IMG/VR virus record: IMGVR_UViG_2925282926_000001
Span: 59,086 to 123,085 of that record
Strand: one strand, 5' to 3'
DNA length: 64,000 nt
Origin: a virus
Taxonomy: Duplodnaviria > Caudoviricetes
Under the pieces are notes generated by a model. It searched no databases. It saw only the letters and a program-made list of their open reading frames with translations, and was not told where the DNA came from. Position 1 is the stretch's first letter, and the number at the start of each line of letters is the position of its first letter. Position numbers and translations under genes: made by a program. Shown here one piece after another: positions 48,130 through 57,681 of the stretch.

Positions 48130-48540
48130 CTAGGCCGCCGCTAGTAACTCCCGATTAATCGCGATGGATAACTCGACCCACCGTTCACTAGCGCGTGCCT
48201 CTGCGCACCAATACTCTCCGCAAAGTCGATTCTCGAACATGAATACGCGCGGCACTTCGCCATCGACCGCCCAGACTCCAACGATATAGTCAGCGTCGGC
48301 CAGGTCGTAGTTTGTTCCGTTACCTTTCTTCGCGTAGACAACGAGGTCGCCGCCGCGGTCCGTACGCTGCCTCACCGTCTTAACCTGGATCTTCGCGTAA
48401 TCACCCGTTATAGGATCACGCGCCAGGATATCGTAAGCTTCGTCCGTCTCCGCCTTGTGTACGGTCCATCCGTTAGCTAACAGCGCAAGACGCGCCGCCA
48501 GCTCCGAGTACTTTCCGGTTGTTTCAGTTAAATGTGCCAA
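48130..48540 (-). CDS. PD-(D/E)XK endonuclease-like protein
   Basis: G..SE.AA...L...GW...YD...IQVKT. Confidence 0.75.
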   Translation of the reverse strand: MAHLTETTGKYSELAARLALLANGWTVHKAETDEAYDILARDPITGDYAKIQVKTVRQRTDRGGDLVVYAKKGNGTNYDLADADYIVGVWAVDGEVPRVFMFENRLCGEYWCAEARASERWVELSIAINRELLAAA

Positions 48541-48543
48541 ATA

Positions 48544-49197
48544 TTAACCCTCCCTTAGTTTGTCAGTTACGTCGCTCCATGTTTCTCCACGCTTGATCCT
48601 CCAAATCGATGAAGTTCCTACTCCATATCTGTTAGCCAAGAAGGTAAGTGTGGCCCCTTGTTGAAGTGCTTGATAGATTTCAATTACCGAACTTTCGTTA
48701 AGGGTGGTGTTAGTCTTCCTATCTAACGAAGGGCGGCTTAGATGTGCGTCTGATATTTTCTTCCTAGTCTCTGGAGAGAAAACCCTGCCGTAGTTAGCCC
48801 GACGAATACCAGCGGTTGCGTAGTCGCTCTTACTTCTGCCCTTATGTGCAATGGACAGTTTACGTCTCGTCTCATCCGAAGTTGGTCTTCCTCTTGTCTT
48901 ACCTGCAAAAGGCTGCATGTTGTAGAGAGGAGTAGGAGCCGTTTCCTCAACCATTTTGTCCATCCATTCCTGTTCTTTTTTGAATCGAATATCCTCAGGA
49001 ATTGATTCCTCTGCTAGGATGAATTCGAAACATTCCTCACCGAACAGGTTGAAATCGTTCTGAATGTGGAGATTTCGGTGCTTACCTAAACGCATCATAC
49101 TCCGGTGCTGTGATTTACGCGCTGTAGGTTTTTTACTAGAGCCGACGTATACGCGCCCCGTGAATTTGTTCCGCAGCAGGTAGATTGTTACAGTCAC
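48544..49197 (-). CDS. GIY-YIG homing endonuclease with NUMOD3 repeats (free-standing)
   Basis: IYLL...VYVGSS...R...H, E, YN; SDETRRKLSIAHKG and SPETRKKISDAH. Confidence 0.9.
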   Translation of the reverse strand: MTVTIYLLRNKFTGRVYVGSSKKPTARKSQHRSMMRLGKHRNLHIQNDFNLFGEECFEFILAEESIPEDIRFKKEQEWMDKMVEETAPTPLYNMQPFAGKTRGRPTSDETRRKLSIAHKGRSKSDYATAGIRRANYGRVFSPETRKKISDAHLSRPSLDRKTNTTLNESSVIEIYQALQQGATLTFLANRYGVGTSSIWRIKRGETWSDVTDKLREG

Positions 49198-49457
49198 CCG
49201 TCCTCATCCCTTTCCGGTACGAAGACGATCTCAATGTCGCCCTCGTCCGCTGGCATTTCCGCTGGACCTAACGAAGTGTAAACGGTAGGCTCAACGCTCA
49301 TTACGATGTCCGTCGTGAATAGTCCGTGATCTTGCGATAGCTCCGTTATAAACTTCGCGAGGTTCTTGCCGGCTTGCGGAAGCTTCTTTACGTCGTGAAC
49401 GTTGAGCAATACGGTGAGCTTGCGTGATTCCGGACCCGCTACGTTGTTTGCGTTCAT
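49194..49457 (-). CDS. Hypothetical protein
   Basis: AAGGAGG SD. Confidence 0.6.
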   Translation of the reverse strand: MNANNVAGPESRKLTVLLNVHDVKKLPQAGKNLAKFITELSQDHGLFTTDIVMSVEPTVYTSLGPAEMPADEGDIEIVFVPERDEDG

Positions 49458-49490
49458 GCTACCGCCTCCTTAACGTTGTAGTTGCGCTTA

Positions 49491-50294
49491 TTAGAACGGG
49501 AGATCATCGTCAGAGATATCGAGAGGCGCGCCGGCATCGGATGGAGTTTGCGCGTTGTTACTGCTACTTGCGTTGGCACCGATCGAGAGACCGAGTCGTC
49601 CGATATCAAATCCCGCGATTACGAGGTTCTTCGTTTGCTCCTCTTCGTCGGCTACGTATAAGCACGTTTCGAAATCCGCGAAGTCAAACGGTTCGTCTCC
49701 GATCTTAGCGAAGTTGGCGCGTTCCTCGTCCGTCAAGTCGCGCTCTACCTTAACGATAGCGTTAAGCGATACGACGGCCGCTGTGCCCGCGCCTTTCTTA
49801 GCGAGTTTGAACGTGATTACATCCAAGTCGTCTACGTTGTCTTCGATGACGGATTTAAGCGTCTGTTCCTGTTTAGGCGACAGGTCAACTACGATATCCT
49901 TACCGGTAGTCAGATCGTAGAATGCCCGGAGATAACGCTTCTTGCCTTTATACAGGTACGCTTCGTCCGTGATTACTTTTACCGCGTCCTCACTTGCGCC
50001 GGCCTCTTTAGCAGCGTTGGCCTCTGCGTAGAGTAATTCCGAAGCTTTATCCCATACGGTCTGCCCGCTGGAAATGAACCCTTTGGCGTTGCGAGTTGCG
50101 GGATTCTTCGGCACAAACGTATTCACCTTGTTGAAGATGCTATAACCGTAGTACTCCGCGACGTTGTTGATCGACTTGACTCCGACTTTGAAGAGGCTTC
50201 CGGACTTAAACGATGTCATCGGACTTTCCTTCGCGCCTCCATTGTCATTACCTGCTGCTGCGGCCTCTGCTCCAACCTTAGTAAACATCGACAT
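49491..50294 (-). CDS. Putative single-stranded DNA-binding protein
   Basis: Acidic C-terminal DISDDDLPF; replication context. Confidence 0.7.
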   Translation of the reverse strand: MSMFTKVGAEAAAAGNDNGGAKESPMTSFKSGSLFKVGVKSINNVAEYYGYSIFNKVNTFVPKNPATRNAKGFISSGQTVWDKASELLYAEANAAKEAGASEDAVKVITDEAYLYKGKKRYLRAFYDLTTGKDIVVDLSPKQEQTLKSVIEDNVDDLDVITFKLAKKGAGTAAVVSLNAIVKVERDLTDEERANFAKIGDEPFDFADFETCLYVADEEEQTKNLVIAGFDIGRLGLSIGANASSSNNAQTPSDAGAPLDISDDDLPF

Positions 50295-50439
50295 TCAATC
50301 ACGTTCCTTTTCGGTTTATTTTCGGGTCGCGATTTCCCACGCCCGCTGCACGGCACTAACCGGATTGTGCGTTAGTTAATACCGCGCAGCCGACGTAGGT
50401 GTTCGTTAGCCGGCTCATTTAAATAGGAAATGACACGGT

Positions 50440-51012
50440 TCAAACGTAAGCAACTACGCTCTTCATAACGTTTGTTTTTTCGCGTTGTACCAGTAAAATC
50501 TCGCGTTCCAGCGCCTTCAATTCGGAGTCAATTTCGGCTATCCGCGCAGTCATTTCGGCAACGATGCGGGCCGATTCGGATTTAACGCGGCGCAATTCAG
50601 CCTGGGCGCGTTCAACGGTAATCTCCGCCATCCGCACGTTAATACGTTTTATCTCGCGCTTCTCCTTACGTTCAGCCGCCTTCATTGCGCGGAGAATAAT
50701 GCGCTCGATAGGATTGCGGACGGATTCATGCGCCTTGTGTTGTGGATATAGCGTGAATACGGTATCTTCCGTTGGATGTACGATGAATACGGTGCGTTTG
50801 TACGAGAACATTCGTCCAGGATTACCGTCCTCATCGACGACATGTTCGGATACAAGCGATGACTTACGCAACAAATCCATGACGTACATTGGCGCTTTGC
50901 TGCGTTCAACGCCGAAGTGCTCAACCGCTCGGTCACAAGCGTGTGGTCTAACGAATATCTTACCGACGAAATGCGTACCGGCCTTCGGATCAATTGCGTA
51001 CATTACGGTCAT
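50440..51012 (-). CDS. Hypothetical protein (HA.DR motif plus coiled coil)
   Basis: ORF track, coupled start. Confidence 0.6.
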   Translation of the reverse strand: MTVMYAIDPKAGTHFVGKIFVRPHACDRAVEHFGVERSKAPMYVMDLLRKSSLVSEHVVDEDGNPGRMFSYKRTVFIVHPTEDTVFTLYPQHKAHESVRNPIERIILRAMKAAERKEKREIKRINVRMAEITVERAQAELRRVKSESARIVAEMTARIAEIDSELKALEREILLVQREKTNVMKSVVAYV

Positions 51013-51209
51013 TACGCGATCACCCGGCCCTTCATAATTGCGCGGACATCAACGAAATCGGCGGCGTCTTCGTATTCACGCACGCCTCCGTTGTAGCAAA
51101 CGTCAGGATAGCGTGCGGACTGGCGGTGATGTTGCGGATACAAATCGTTAAGAAAACGTGAAACTTCGTTGTTAGATGAACGTATATTTATATTGTGAGC
51201 GCGTTTCAA
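51012..51209 (-). CDS. Hypothetical protein
   Basis: GGAGGTG-TTG start. Confidence 0.5.
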   Translation of the reverse strand: MKRAHNINIRSSNNEVSRFLNDLYPQHHRQSARYPDVCYNGGVREYEDAADFVDVRAIMKGRVIA

Positions 51210-51419
51210 AGCGGCCACCTCCGGTTATAATATAGTTAGATAGCGTTGACAAGCGTTATCAACCGTGGTAACATGCTAATTGTGAGTTAAGCGCGTTACC
51301 AAAGATTTACAACATACATATCGTATCAGTATTGGTTAATTGTTAAAAAAGTGTGATATACTCTTTTTGAGAAAAGGTCGGGCTTCTTGCCTGAAACTCC
51401 GACCGTTCTCATTTAACAG

Positions 51420-52076
51420 TTAAACCGCCAAGTATTCGTTAACATCTCCGAAACGATTAGCGTCGTATCCGCGAGATAACTTGCGAAGCTTACGTTTAAC
51501 AAATTCCGGATGCATTCCTAGCGCTTTAGCGAGCGCATTGATGGACTTGTGTTCCGGAGCTCCTCCGCTTTTGCGTTGGAGACCATTCGATACAATTAGC
51601 GTTGTATCGTTATCGACCTTAGCCGGGTCACAGAGACTGCTCAGAAGTTGCCGCTTCTGGGCGTCTTTTTTTTGCGTTAAATTATCGATAGCTATTTCTT
51701 CAGCGGAAACCCCGTCAGTCAGAACGCACATTGCCGTGTGTGATCCGTCTTCTTGTTCCTCCGTTTGATCTGCCGTGATTTGATACCGTTTCTCTCGTCG
51801 AACGTTGCCGCGTTCTAAGAAAACTCGTTTAATTCTCAATGCTGCCGAAAGGGCTTCTCCAAAGTTTTCGACGTCATCCCTAGAGGCCAAGCTCATCATA
51901 GCCTCATCAAAAGACTCCTCAGCGTCGTGCTCATCCCCTCGTCGGCCTCTTACTGTCATAGCGATATGTATCTTGAGGAAGAGCTGTCTTGCCTCTTTGT
52001 ACAGATCGTTGAAGGCTTCCTGTGTGCGGTTCTCTTTGTAAAGTACCGCTAGGCTATTCAGTTGTGTTAAGTTCAA
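51420..52076 (-). CDS. Sigma-factor-like transcription regulator
   Basis: Region-2-like QEAFNDLY...HDAEE.FD; C-terminal HTH SINALAKALGMHPEFVKRKL. Confidence 0.65.
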   Translation of the reverse strand: MNLTQLNSLAVLYKENRTQEAFNDLYKEARQLFLKIHIAMTVRGRRGDEHDAEESFDEAMMSLASRDDVENFGEALSAALRIKRVFLERGNVRREKRYQITADQTEEQEDGSHTAMCVLTDGVSAEEIAIDNLTQKKDAQKRQLLSSLCDPAKVDNDTTLIVSNGLQRKSGGAPEHKSINALAKALGMHPEFVKRKLRKLSRGYDANRFGDVNEYLAV

Positions 52077-52099
52077 TCTTCATCGCTCCTTTTCGGCTT

Positions 52100-52139
52100 A
52101 TACTACTATGTTGCCGGTCAAATCAGTTTCACACACTTC
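52100..52139 (-). promoter_or_regulatory. Phage-specific promoter motif, copy 2
   Basis: GTGTGTGAAA-N7-GACCGGCAACATAGTAGTAT upstream of the sigma-like gene. Confidence 0.75.
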
Positions 52140-52201
52140 TAGAAGAAAATTATGTTAAAATGTTTTGTGTACCATTTGTAGCAAGTTGGAGGCATTGTTT
52201 T

Positions 52202-52435
52202 ATGGGACTCTACCCCGGAGATTGCCGCCTCCAATACTTACTCGATCGTGCAGGTATGTCTCAGGCTGAGCTGTCGCGGCGTACAGGATTGAGTCCTCAG
52301 TATATCAATGGACTAATTAATGAACGCTGGAAAAGAGGAGTAATGAAGTTAGACAAGGCTAGACTTATCTGTGCTGCCTTGAAAATTGAAAACCCTTTTG
52401 ATTTGTATGAGTGGAGATCTGAGAAGCCTGACTGA
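52202..52435 (+). CDS. Cro/CI-type HTH regulator
   Basis: LLDRAGMSQAELSRRTGLSPQYI...DLYEW; GGAGG SD. Confidence 0.85.
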   Translation: MGLYPGDCRLQYLLDRAGMSQAELSRRTGLSPQYINGLINERWKRGVMKLDKARLICAALKIENPFDLYEWRSEKPD

Positions 52436-52518
52436 TTGAGATTGTATTTCGTAGCGGCGTACGTCGGACTAGCCTCCGCGTACCCGCATTTCTACGCACC
52501 AGTGCGTACTTTCAAATA

Positions 52519-53505
52519 TTACATGATATGACGATATGTGTCGATACTATGTTGCTGTTTCTTGAAAATATTTCTTCTAACAGCGTCTGCAACCGTATTC
52601 CTCACCGTTTCTTCATCGCCAACCTCGTTCGCATCCTTCGCGCCATTCGGCCACCTCGCGTCATATAACTCGCAATATACGCGCATCTTAGCCGCAACCT
52701 CTTCGCGTAACTTCTCTCCTGCGCTGTCGTTATCCGTCCCGATCACAAGCGCTGTCACCGGAGACATCCGAAGCATCTCCGCCTGTATGTCCGTAAACGT
52801 AGATCCGCCGACCGCAATCGCCGGTATTCCGCAGCTCCACAGATATAGAGCATCCGTCTCGCTCTCTACGATAACTACGCGGTCAATCTTACGTGCATAG
52901 ACGAGGTGGATTCCGTATATCATGTTACGGACAGGCGCGCCTCCCTTAGCGTACCAAAACGCCTTGGACCACGTTGCTCGCCACTTTGCGTTAATGATCG
53001 TTCCTTCCGGCGCGTGCCACGGCATAACTACCGCATTCTTATCCGTATCATATCCGCAAGAGAACATACGCTGTACTTCCGGATCAATGCCGCGTCCTGT
53101 TAGATACGGAACGGCTACGGATTTATAAGCGCTAACATCGATCGGCTGCGGTTTAGGCGGAGGCCCTGGCGGCACTAACTTAACGCGCAGTTTAGGCGGA
53201 CCATTCTCCGTTATCTCTCCGCCCATTAACTCATCGCGCGCCTCTTCGTACGTGATATTACGAAGGAACGCGTAAAGTTTGATGGGGCCGCCGCGCGCCC
53301 ATTCCGGATCGTTTGCGCCTGAGTCACGCCAGCACCCGAAATCATCCGCAGCCGGATCGATAATTACGCTGAATGAAGGCGTCTTATCTACGCGGAGACC
53401 GAACGGAGATGATGCGTTAAGTCGTCCGCGTGAGTTCGGTTGTACATTGCGCCAGTCGTACGTGTCGAGCGCGGCCAGGAACATGTCAACGTTTATCTCC
53501 GTCAA
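52519..53505 (-). CDS. Toprim-domain DNA primase
   Basis: YLTGRGI, IVESETDA, TDNDSAG, KDANE. Confidence 0.88.
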   Translation of the reverse strand: MTEINVDMFLAALDTYDWRNVQPNSRGRLNASSPFGLRVDKTPSFSVIIDPAADDFGCWRDSGANDPEWARGGPIKLYAFLRNITYEEARDELMGGEITENGPPKLRVKLVPPGPPPKPQPIDVSAYKSVAVPYLTGRGIDPEVQRMFSCGYDTDKNAVVMPWHAPEGTIINAKWRATWSKAFWYAKGGAPVRNMIYGIHLVYARKIDRVVIVESETDALYLWSCGIPAIAVGGSTFTDIQAEMLRMSPVTALVIGTDNDSAGEKLREEVAAKMRVYCELYDARWPNGAKDANEVGDEETVRNTVADAVRRNIFKKQQHSIDTYRHIM

Positions 53506-53714
53506 GCCACCGCCTCCAATCGAATGATATCGCGAATATCGCGAATGTCTAGCGCGAGAGCGATCTTTTCTAAATGTTCAATACAAATGCGATCGACATA
53601 GCCGCGACAGAGATTGGAGATGGCCGCCGCGCGGATGCCGGTCATTTGCGAAAGCTGTTTCTGGTTCAGCCCTTTTTGCGCAAGAAGCTCTTTGAGAGTA
53701 ATTGTAATTGTCAT
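53502..53714 (-). CDS. Cro-like HTH regulator
   Basis: LKELLAQKGLNQKQLSQMTGIRAAAISNL; AAGGAGG. Confidence 0.85.
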   Translation of the reverse strand: MTITITLKELLAQKGLNQKQLSQMTGIRAAAISNLCRGYVDRICIEHLEKIALALDIRDIRDIIRLEAVA

Positions 53715-53866
53715 TGACGTACCTCCTTGTAAAGAATGATAATACGTATGGATCATGGTATAATGTGTGTAGTTTAGGATTACGCATTACCGTAATTCGC
53801 GTAACGCGTATTTCCGCCTAACATCATAGTAATCCGCGCCATGCGTATTGTCAAGGAGTGTAAGGG

Positions 53867-54082
53867 ATGTCTCAGGAAAATATTATTAATCGTGTAAATG
53901 AATTACTTGCCTCATCTGATCTACAACAGAAACAACTAGCAGAAAGCTTACATATCAAGCCTCAAACGTTTAATGGTTATATGACAGGACACCGGCCATT
54001 CAAACTAGAAGTTATTATCGCGATCGCAGATTTCTTTAAAGTGTCCGTAGATTACGTATTAGGTCGGAGTGATGAGCGGTAA
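53867..54082 (+). CDS. Putative immunity repressor, XRE HTH without S24 peptidase domain
   Basis: QKQLAESL...IADFFKVSVDYVLGRSD; divergent from cro-like gene. Confidence 0.8.
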   Translation: MSQENIINRVNELLASSDLQQKQLAESLHIKPQTFNGYMTGHRPFKLEVIIAIADFFKVSVDYVLGRSDER

Positions 54083-55441
54083 TCAAAAACCGCTCACGCT
54101 CGCAAACTGCTGCGCCTGCCCTTGCGTATCTAACTCGCGCACCACACCGTAATTCGGCAGGTAGACGATCTCCACACGCGTATCCTCGCCGCCGTTCCGT
54201 CCTTTTCCGAGCTCAATAACTCCGCGTCCTTCTTGCGCAAGCGTATCGATACCGAACACGTTAGCCGCGTCCTCCAATATCGCTTTCGACTTCTTAATTC
54301 CTGCGCGTGGTGGTGGACTTAACTCACGCGTCCCGTCTTCGTTCTTTTCTTTCGCGTCTTCCTCGGCCTGCGTAACAACGTGTATTACCGTTTTCGTCTG
54401 ACCCGCAAGTCGTTTGAGCTTAACGGAAGTCGCCGCAACATCTCCGCCAGCCACATTCGAAGTGTTACGCTCGAAGTCCATTAAATAAATCGGATCGACT
54501 ACGACCACGTCCGCATCAATCTCCGCGATATCAACTTCAAGCTGCGCGATAGAACGTTGCGTAAAGTTCTCGCTGTCTGCAGCGCGTATGACGATTCTTC
54601 CCGGAACGACTTCCGCAAGCATATCGACGAATGCCGCAAGTCCACGCTCGTAGTCCGCATCCATCGTTCCCATTAACATAGCGCGGTTATCGAACCCTAC
54701 CGTATAATCTACGCCGTCAATCCGTCTGATTGTTTCGCTGATCCGCGCACTTATCGACGAGTATGCACGCGCCATCCACTCGTACTCCGACATCTCTAGC
54801 GCCCATATGAGAACGTTTGCGCCTTGGAACGCGGCCTCAATCGCGTCCTCCATAACCATAACGGATTTACCGCGGCCGGATCTCGCATACCAGGCGTAAG
54901 TGTTGCCGGAAAAGTAGCCGCCGATCTTCTCGTTTATCGTCCCGAACTTGCTGAGCCAGATACGGAATGATGTGCCGGCTTTACGTGCGCGAAACTCCGT
55001 TAGAAATCGTTCGCCTGCGGTGGAAATATCCGTCATGTTCGGAACACCTGTTCGTGTTTCCATTTTAATCCGCGAAAGTCTATCGGTCAAGCTATTAATG
55101 AACGCTTCCGTCGGCAACGTCTCGTAAGACTGCGTAAACTCTGGACTGTTAATATATTCCGCTAATTCCCGCTTGCCGGTCGCGTCCTTTAGTTCGCCGG
55201 CCAGGTATTCGAAAGAGTCCGTTACCTCCGGAATATACGTTACTGTTCGTACATTCGCGGAGTAAGTTGCGTATGACGGCGCATCTCCGCCGTTTTCAGC
55301 CCCGAATTTAACGATAAAATCGTATGCCTCGCGTTCGGCCGGCGTCGAAAAGTCCGATCGCTTAACGTTGTATTTTGCGAGGGCTTGCGTACTACCCGTA
55401 TCGATAATCTTAGAAAGCAATTGCTGACCTGTAACTGCCAT
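54083..55441 (-). CDS. DnaB-like (SF4) replicative helicase
   Basis: ARSGRGKS, ALEM, VVVDPIYLM, VTQA, KGRNGG. Confidence 0.92.
   Translation of the reverse strand: MAVTGQQLLSKIIDTGSTQALAKYNVKRSDFSTPAEREAYDFIVKFGAENGGDAPSYATYSANVRTVTYIPEVTDSFEYLAGELKDATGKRELAEYINSPEFTQSYETLPTEAFINSLTDRLSRIKMETRTGVPNMTDISTAGERFLTEFRARKAGTSFRIWLSKFGTINEKIGGYFSGNTYAWYARSGRGKSVMVMEDAIEAAFQGANVLIWALEMSEYEWMARAYSSISARISETIRRIDGVDYTVGFDNRAMLMGTMDADYERGLAAFVDMLAEVVPGRIVIRAADSENFTQRSIAQLEVDIAEIDADVVVVDPIYLMDFERNTSNVAGGDVAATSVKLKRLAGQTKTVIHVVTQAEEDAKEKNEDGTRELSPPPRAGIKKSKAILEDAANVFGIDTLAQEGRGVIELGKGRNGGEDTRVEIVYLPNYGVVRELDTQGQAQQFASVSGF
55041..55090 (-). promoter_or_regulatory. Intragenic SigA promoter with LexA (Cheo) box
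   Basis: TTGACC-17-TAAAAT then CGAACAGGTGTTCC. Confidence 0.7.
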
Positions 55442-55531
55442 AATTCCTTACACCTCCTGTTGTACACTGTATGGACACATACCGTCAAACCTCATATTAG
55501 GACAAATTTCCCCCTTGACAAAGGAATCGCG

Positions 55532-55645
55532 TTCGACATATATACCAATTTACGTAATTAATTGGACACATTTAGGAAATAAATTTCGTAAAGTGTGATT
55601 TATAACACTAATGTCAAGTCGCATTTTGTCGAACTTAATGTCGAA
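55532..55645. promoter_or_regulatory. Three Spo0A-box matches (TGTCGAA)
   Basis: 55532-55538 (minus), 55627-55633 and 55639-55645 (plus) in AT-rich intergenic region. Confidence 0.55.
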
Positions 55646-55703
55646 CGTTTAGTCCGAGTTTTGCACAACTTCCGAATACTCTCGTTTACTGCCATTTACG
55701 TTT

Positions 55704-56480
55704 TTATGCTCGCTTTAATCCGCGATGACTAATTCCGACAAACTCACGCTCAATACAGCGGTCACGAATCCGGTCGATCAAACGCGGAGTTGTCTCGCGT
55801 AACACCGTGCCGAGGTCTTTTAGCGCAACGTTAGACGTATACACCGTCACCAATTCGTTAGTCACACGGTAGTTAATCACGCTATGCAAGTCGCTACGAA
55901 ATCCCTCGGTATCTTCGCGCACACCGATATCGTCTAGCACCGCAAATGGCGTATTTTTAGCGTGCTGCATTTGCGCGTAATATTGGCGTGCTGCGGGCTC
56001 CGCAACATCGTCGGGCACTCTCGGTCGGTTGAACTCCGTATAGAGCGTTTGCCACGCGTTTACATCGAGAAAATACGCCGGTCGATCAAGCGCTTGCCTG
56101 TTGCGCTGGATTGATCCGATATAATGGCGCACGATGTACTCACCGATGATTGCGGCCGCCGTCGTAGTCTTACCGGTGCCCGGTCCGTCGCTGTGCAAGT
56201 ATAGCGATTTGATAGGCTCATCCGGTGACTCTTCGAACTGTCGCGCAAATGTCTTAACGTACGCTTCCAATGCGCGGTAAATTGACGCCTGGCCTTCGCG
56301 TGCTGGCGAATTAGCTAGCGTTAAACCGCGATATCCTGACGGTAAGTTTGCCGCGCCTACACGTCCGCCTGCGCCGTTTAAACCGTGCGTTGCGATATAA
56401 CTCGGGCACATCTTCGTACATTGTGCGCCGTCTGCTAACGAACAGTGCTGCGCGAGTATGCAGTTTTTAGCGTTGGACAA
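55704..56480 (-). CDS. DnaC/IstB-like helicase loader ATPase
   Basis: GPGTGKT, VLDDIG, INYR...VYTSN, DRI. Confidence 0.88.
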   Translation of the reverse strand: MSNAKNCILAQHCSLADGAQCTKMCPSYIATHGLNGAGGRVGAANLPSGYRGLTLANSPAREGQASIYRALEAYVKTFARQFEESPDEPIKSLYLHSDGPGTGKTTTAAAIIGEYIVRHYIGSIQRNRQALDRPAYFLDVNAWQTLYTEFNRPRVPDDVAEPAARQYYAQMQHAKNTPFAVLDDIGVREDTEGFRSDLHSVINYRVTNELVTVYTSNVALKDLGTVLRETTPRLIDRIRDRCIEREFVGISHRGLKRA

Positions 56481-56645
56481 TTTCCCACGCTCCTCTCCGT
56501 TCGGCCTCCGTCATTCCCGCATTATTCAGTGACGCATAGTGAGCGCCGACCCACGTTACGGCGAGCTGATCCGGAGTACAGCGGCGGCCTGCGTTTGATA
56601 TTACGATGATGCCTTGCGCGCTGGCTTGCGCTGCTTCGAGGATAG

Positions 56646-57014
56646 TCATAAGCGTTGGCCTGCCAATTCTGGATTTTCCCAACGGTTACCAATGACTTCG
56701 TACGTTCGATATTCCGGCCATTTGTCGTATACCTGTCCGTTTACAAATCCGTACCCACCTGTCTTATCCTCGATTACATATGATAGATCGTGATTATTGA
56801 ACTTTACTACTCCCGTGTATTTTCCTTCGTCAACCGTGAGGATATCACCCTCGTATATATCTTTTCCATTCTTATCCTTCAGTCCAATGTACTGCGTGAT
56901 GTCTTCGTGGCTCAGATGGTATGTTATCGGTGCATACTCTTCAAAAGCTAGCGAATCACCGTCAATCATCTGTTTGTTTTCCGCGTCCCACATTCTAAAT
57001 TTAATCTCACGCAT
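56646..57014 (-). CDS. YopX-family protein
   Basis: MREIKFRMWD, QYIGLKDKNGKDIYEGDIL, EVIGN.WENPEL. Confidence 0.92.
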   Translation of the reverse strand: MREIKFRMWDAENKQMIDGDSLAFEEYAPITYHLSHEDITQYIGLKDKNGKDIYEGDILTVDEGKYTGVVKFNNHDLSYVIEDKTGGYGFVNGQVYDKWPEYRTYEVIGNRWENPELAGQRL

Positions 57015-57098
57015 ACCCTCACATCCTCCTCTAATGTAGCGTATTTGAATCGTATTAACGGCTAATCTTCGTCTGATTTACGGATGATTTTCGTACGA

Positions 57099-57533
57099 TT
57101 AAAATAGATCGATAATCTCATCGTCAGTCAATACGTTGTTATCCGCATTATTACCGCAATACTCCGCCTGTTTCGAAGCCCGCGCCTGTTCCGCTAATAC
57201 CACCGGCATTATCCGTGGCAAGAGATACGCGATCAGAAATCCCGCCGTCAATTGCGGATACTGCGGCGTCACTCGATGCTCCCGGAATGCTCGCGTTATT
57301 GTCTCGCGTAAGGCTTCCGCACCGTATTGCGTCAGTGCGCGTTTGATTACACCTTGCTCGAATGCCCAGCCGCGCAGAGGAATGTACGTCTCCACTCCGT
57401 ATAGCTCACGGTTGAGATCGGAAATCATGGCGTGGACGGTCGGCGTCTTCCATTCGGTGAGCGGGAGGTAGCGCCAGTCCTTGCGTTGGTCTGCGGTGAT
57501 CTTTGGTTTCGGCGGCTTCTTTGCTCTTGGCAT
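57099..57533 (-). CDS. Putative replication initiator/loader partner
   Basis: Upstream of DnaC-like gene; helical. Confidence 0.45.
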   Translation of the reverse strand: MPRAKKPPKPKITADQRKDWRYLPLTEWKTPTVHAMISDLNRELYGVETYIPLRGWAFEQGVIKRALTQYGAEALRETITRAFREHRVTPQYPQLTAGFLIAYLLPRIMPVVLAEQARASKQAEYCGNNADNNVLTDDEIIDLF

Positions 57534-57681
57534 AACAATACCATCCTTTCCTTATTTGGCATAATCGCATATAGGTGCTTAAACCGGCGTGTGCGTGATC
57601 TAGTCCTATAAACGGTCTAGACCGATCGTAGGGTAAACGACTTATTACGGGCATTTACGGAATTTTCCACTCGTGCTAAAA

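Noticed and set aside
51420-54082. Arbitrium (AimR/AimP) communication system
   Set aside because: No ~380-aa TPR receptor followed by a signal-peptide micro-ORF
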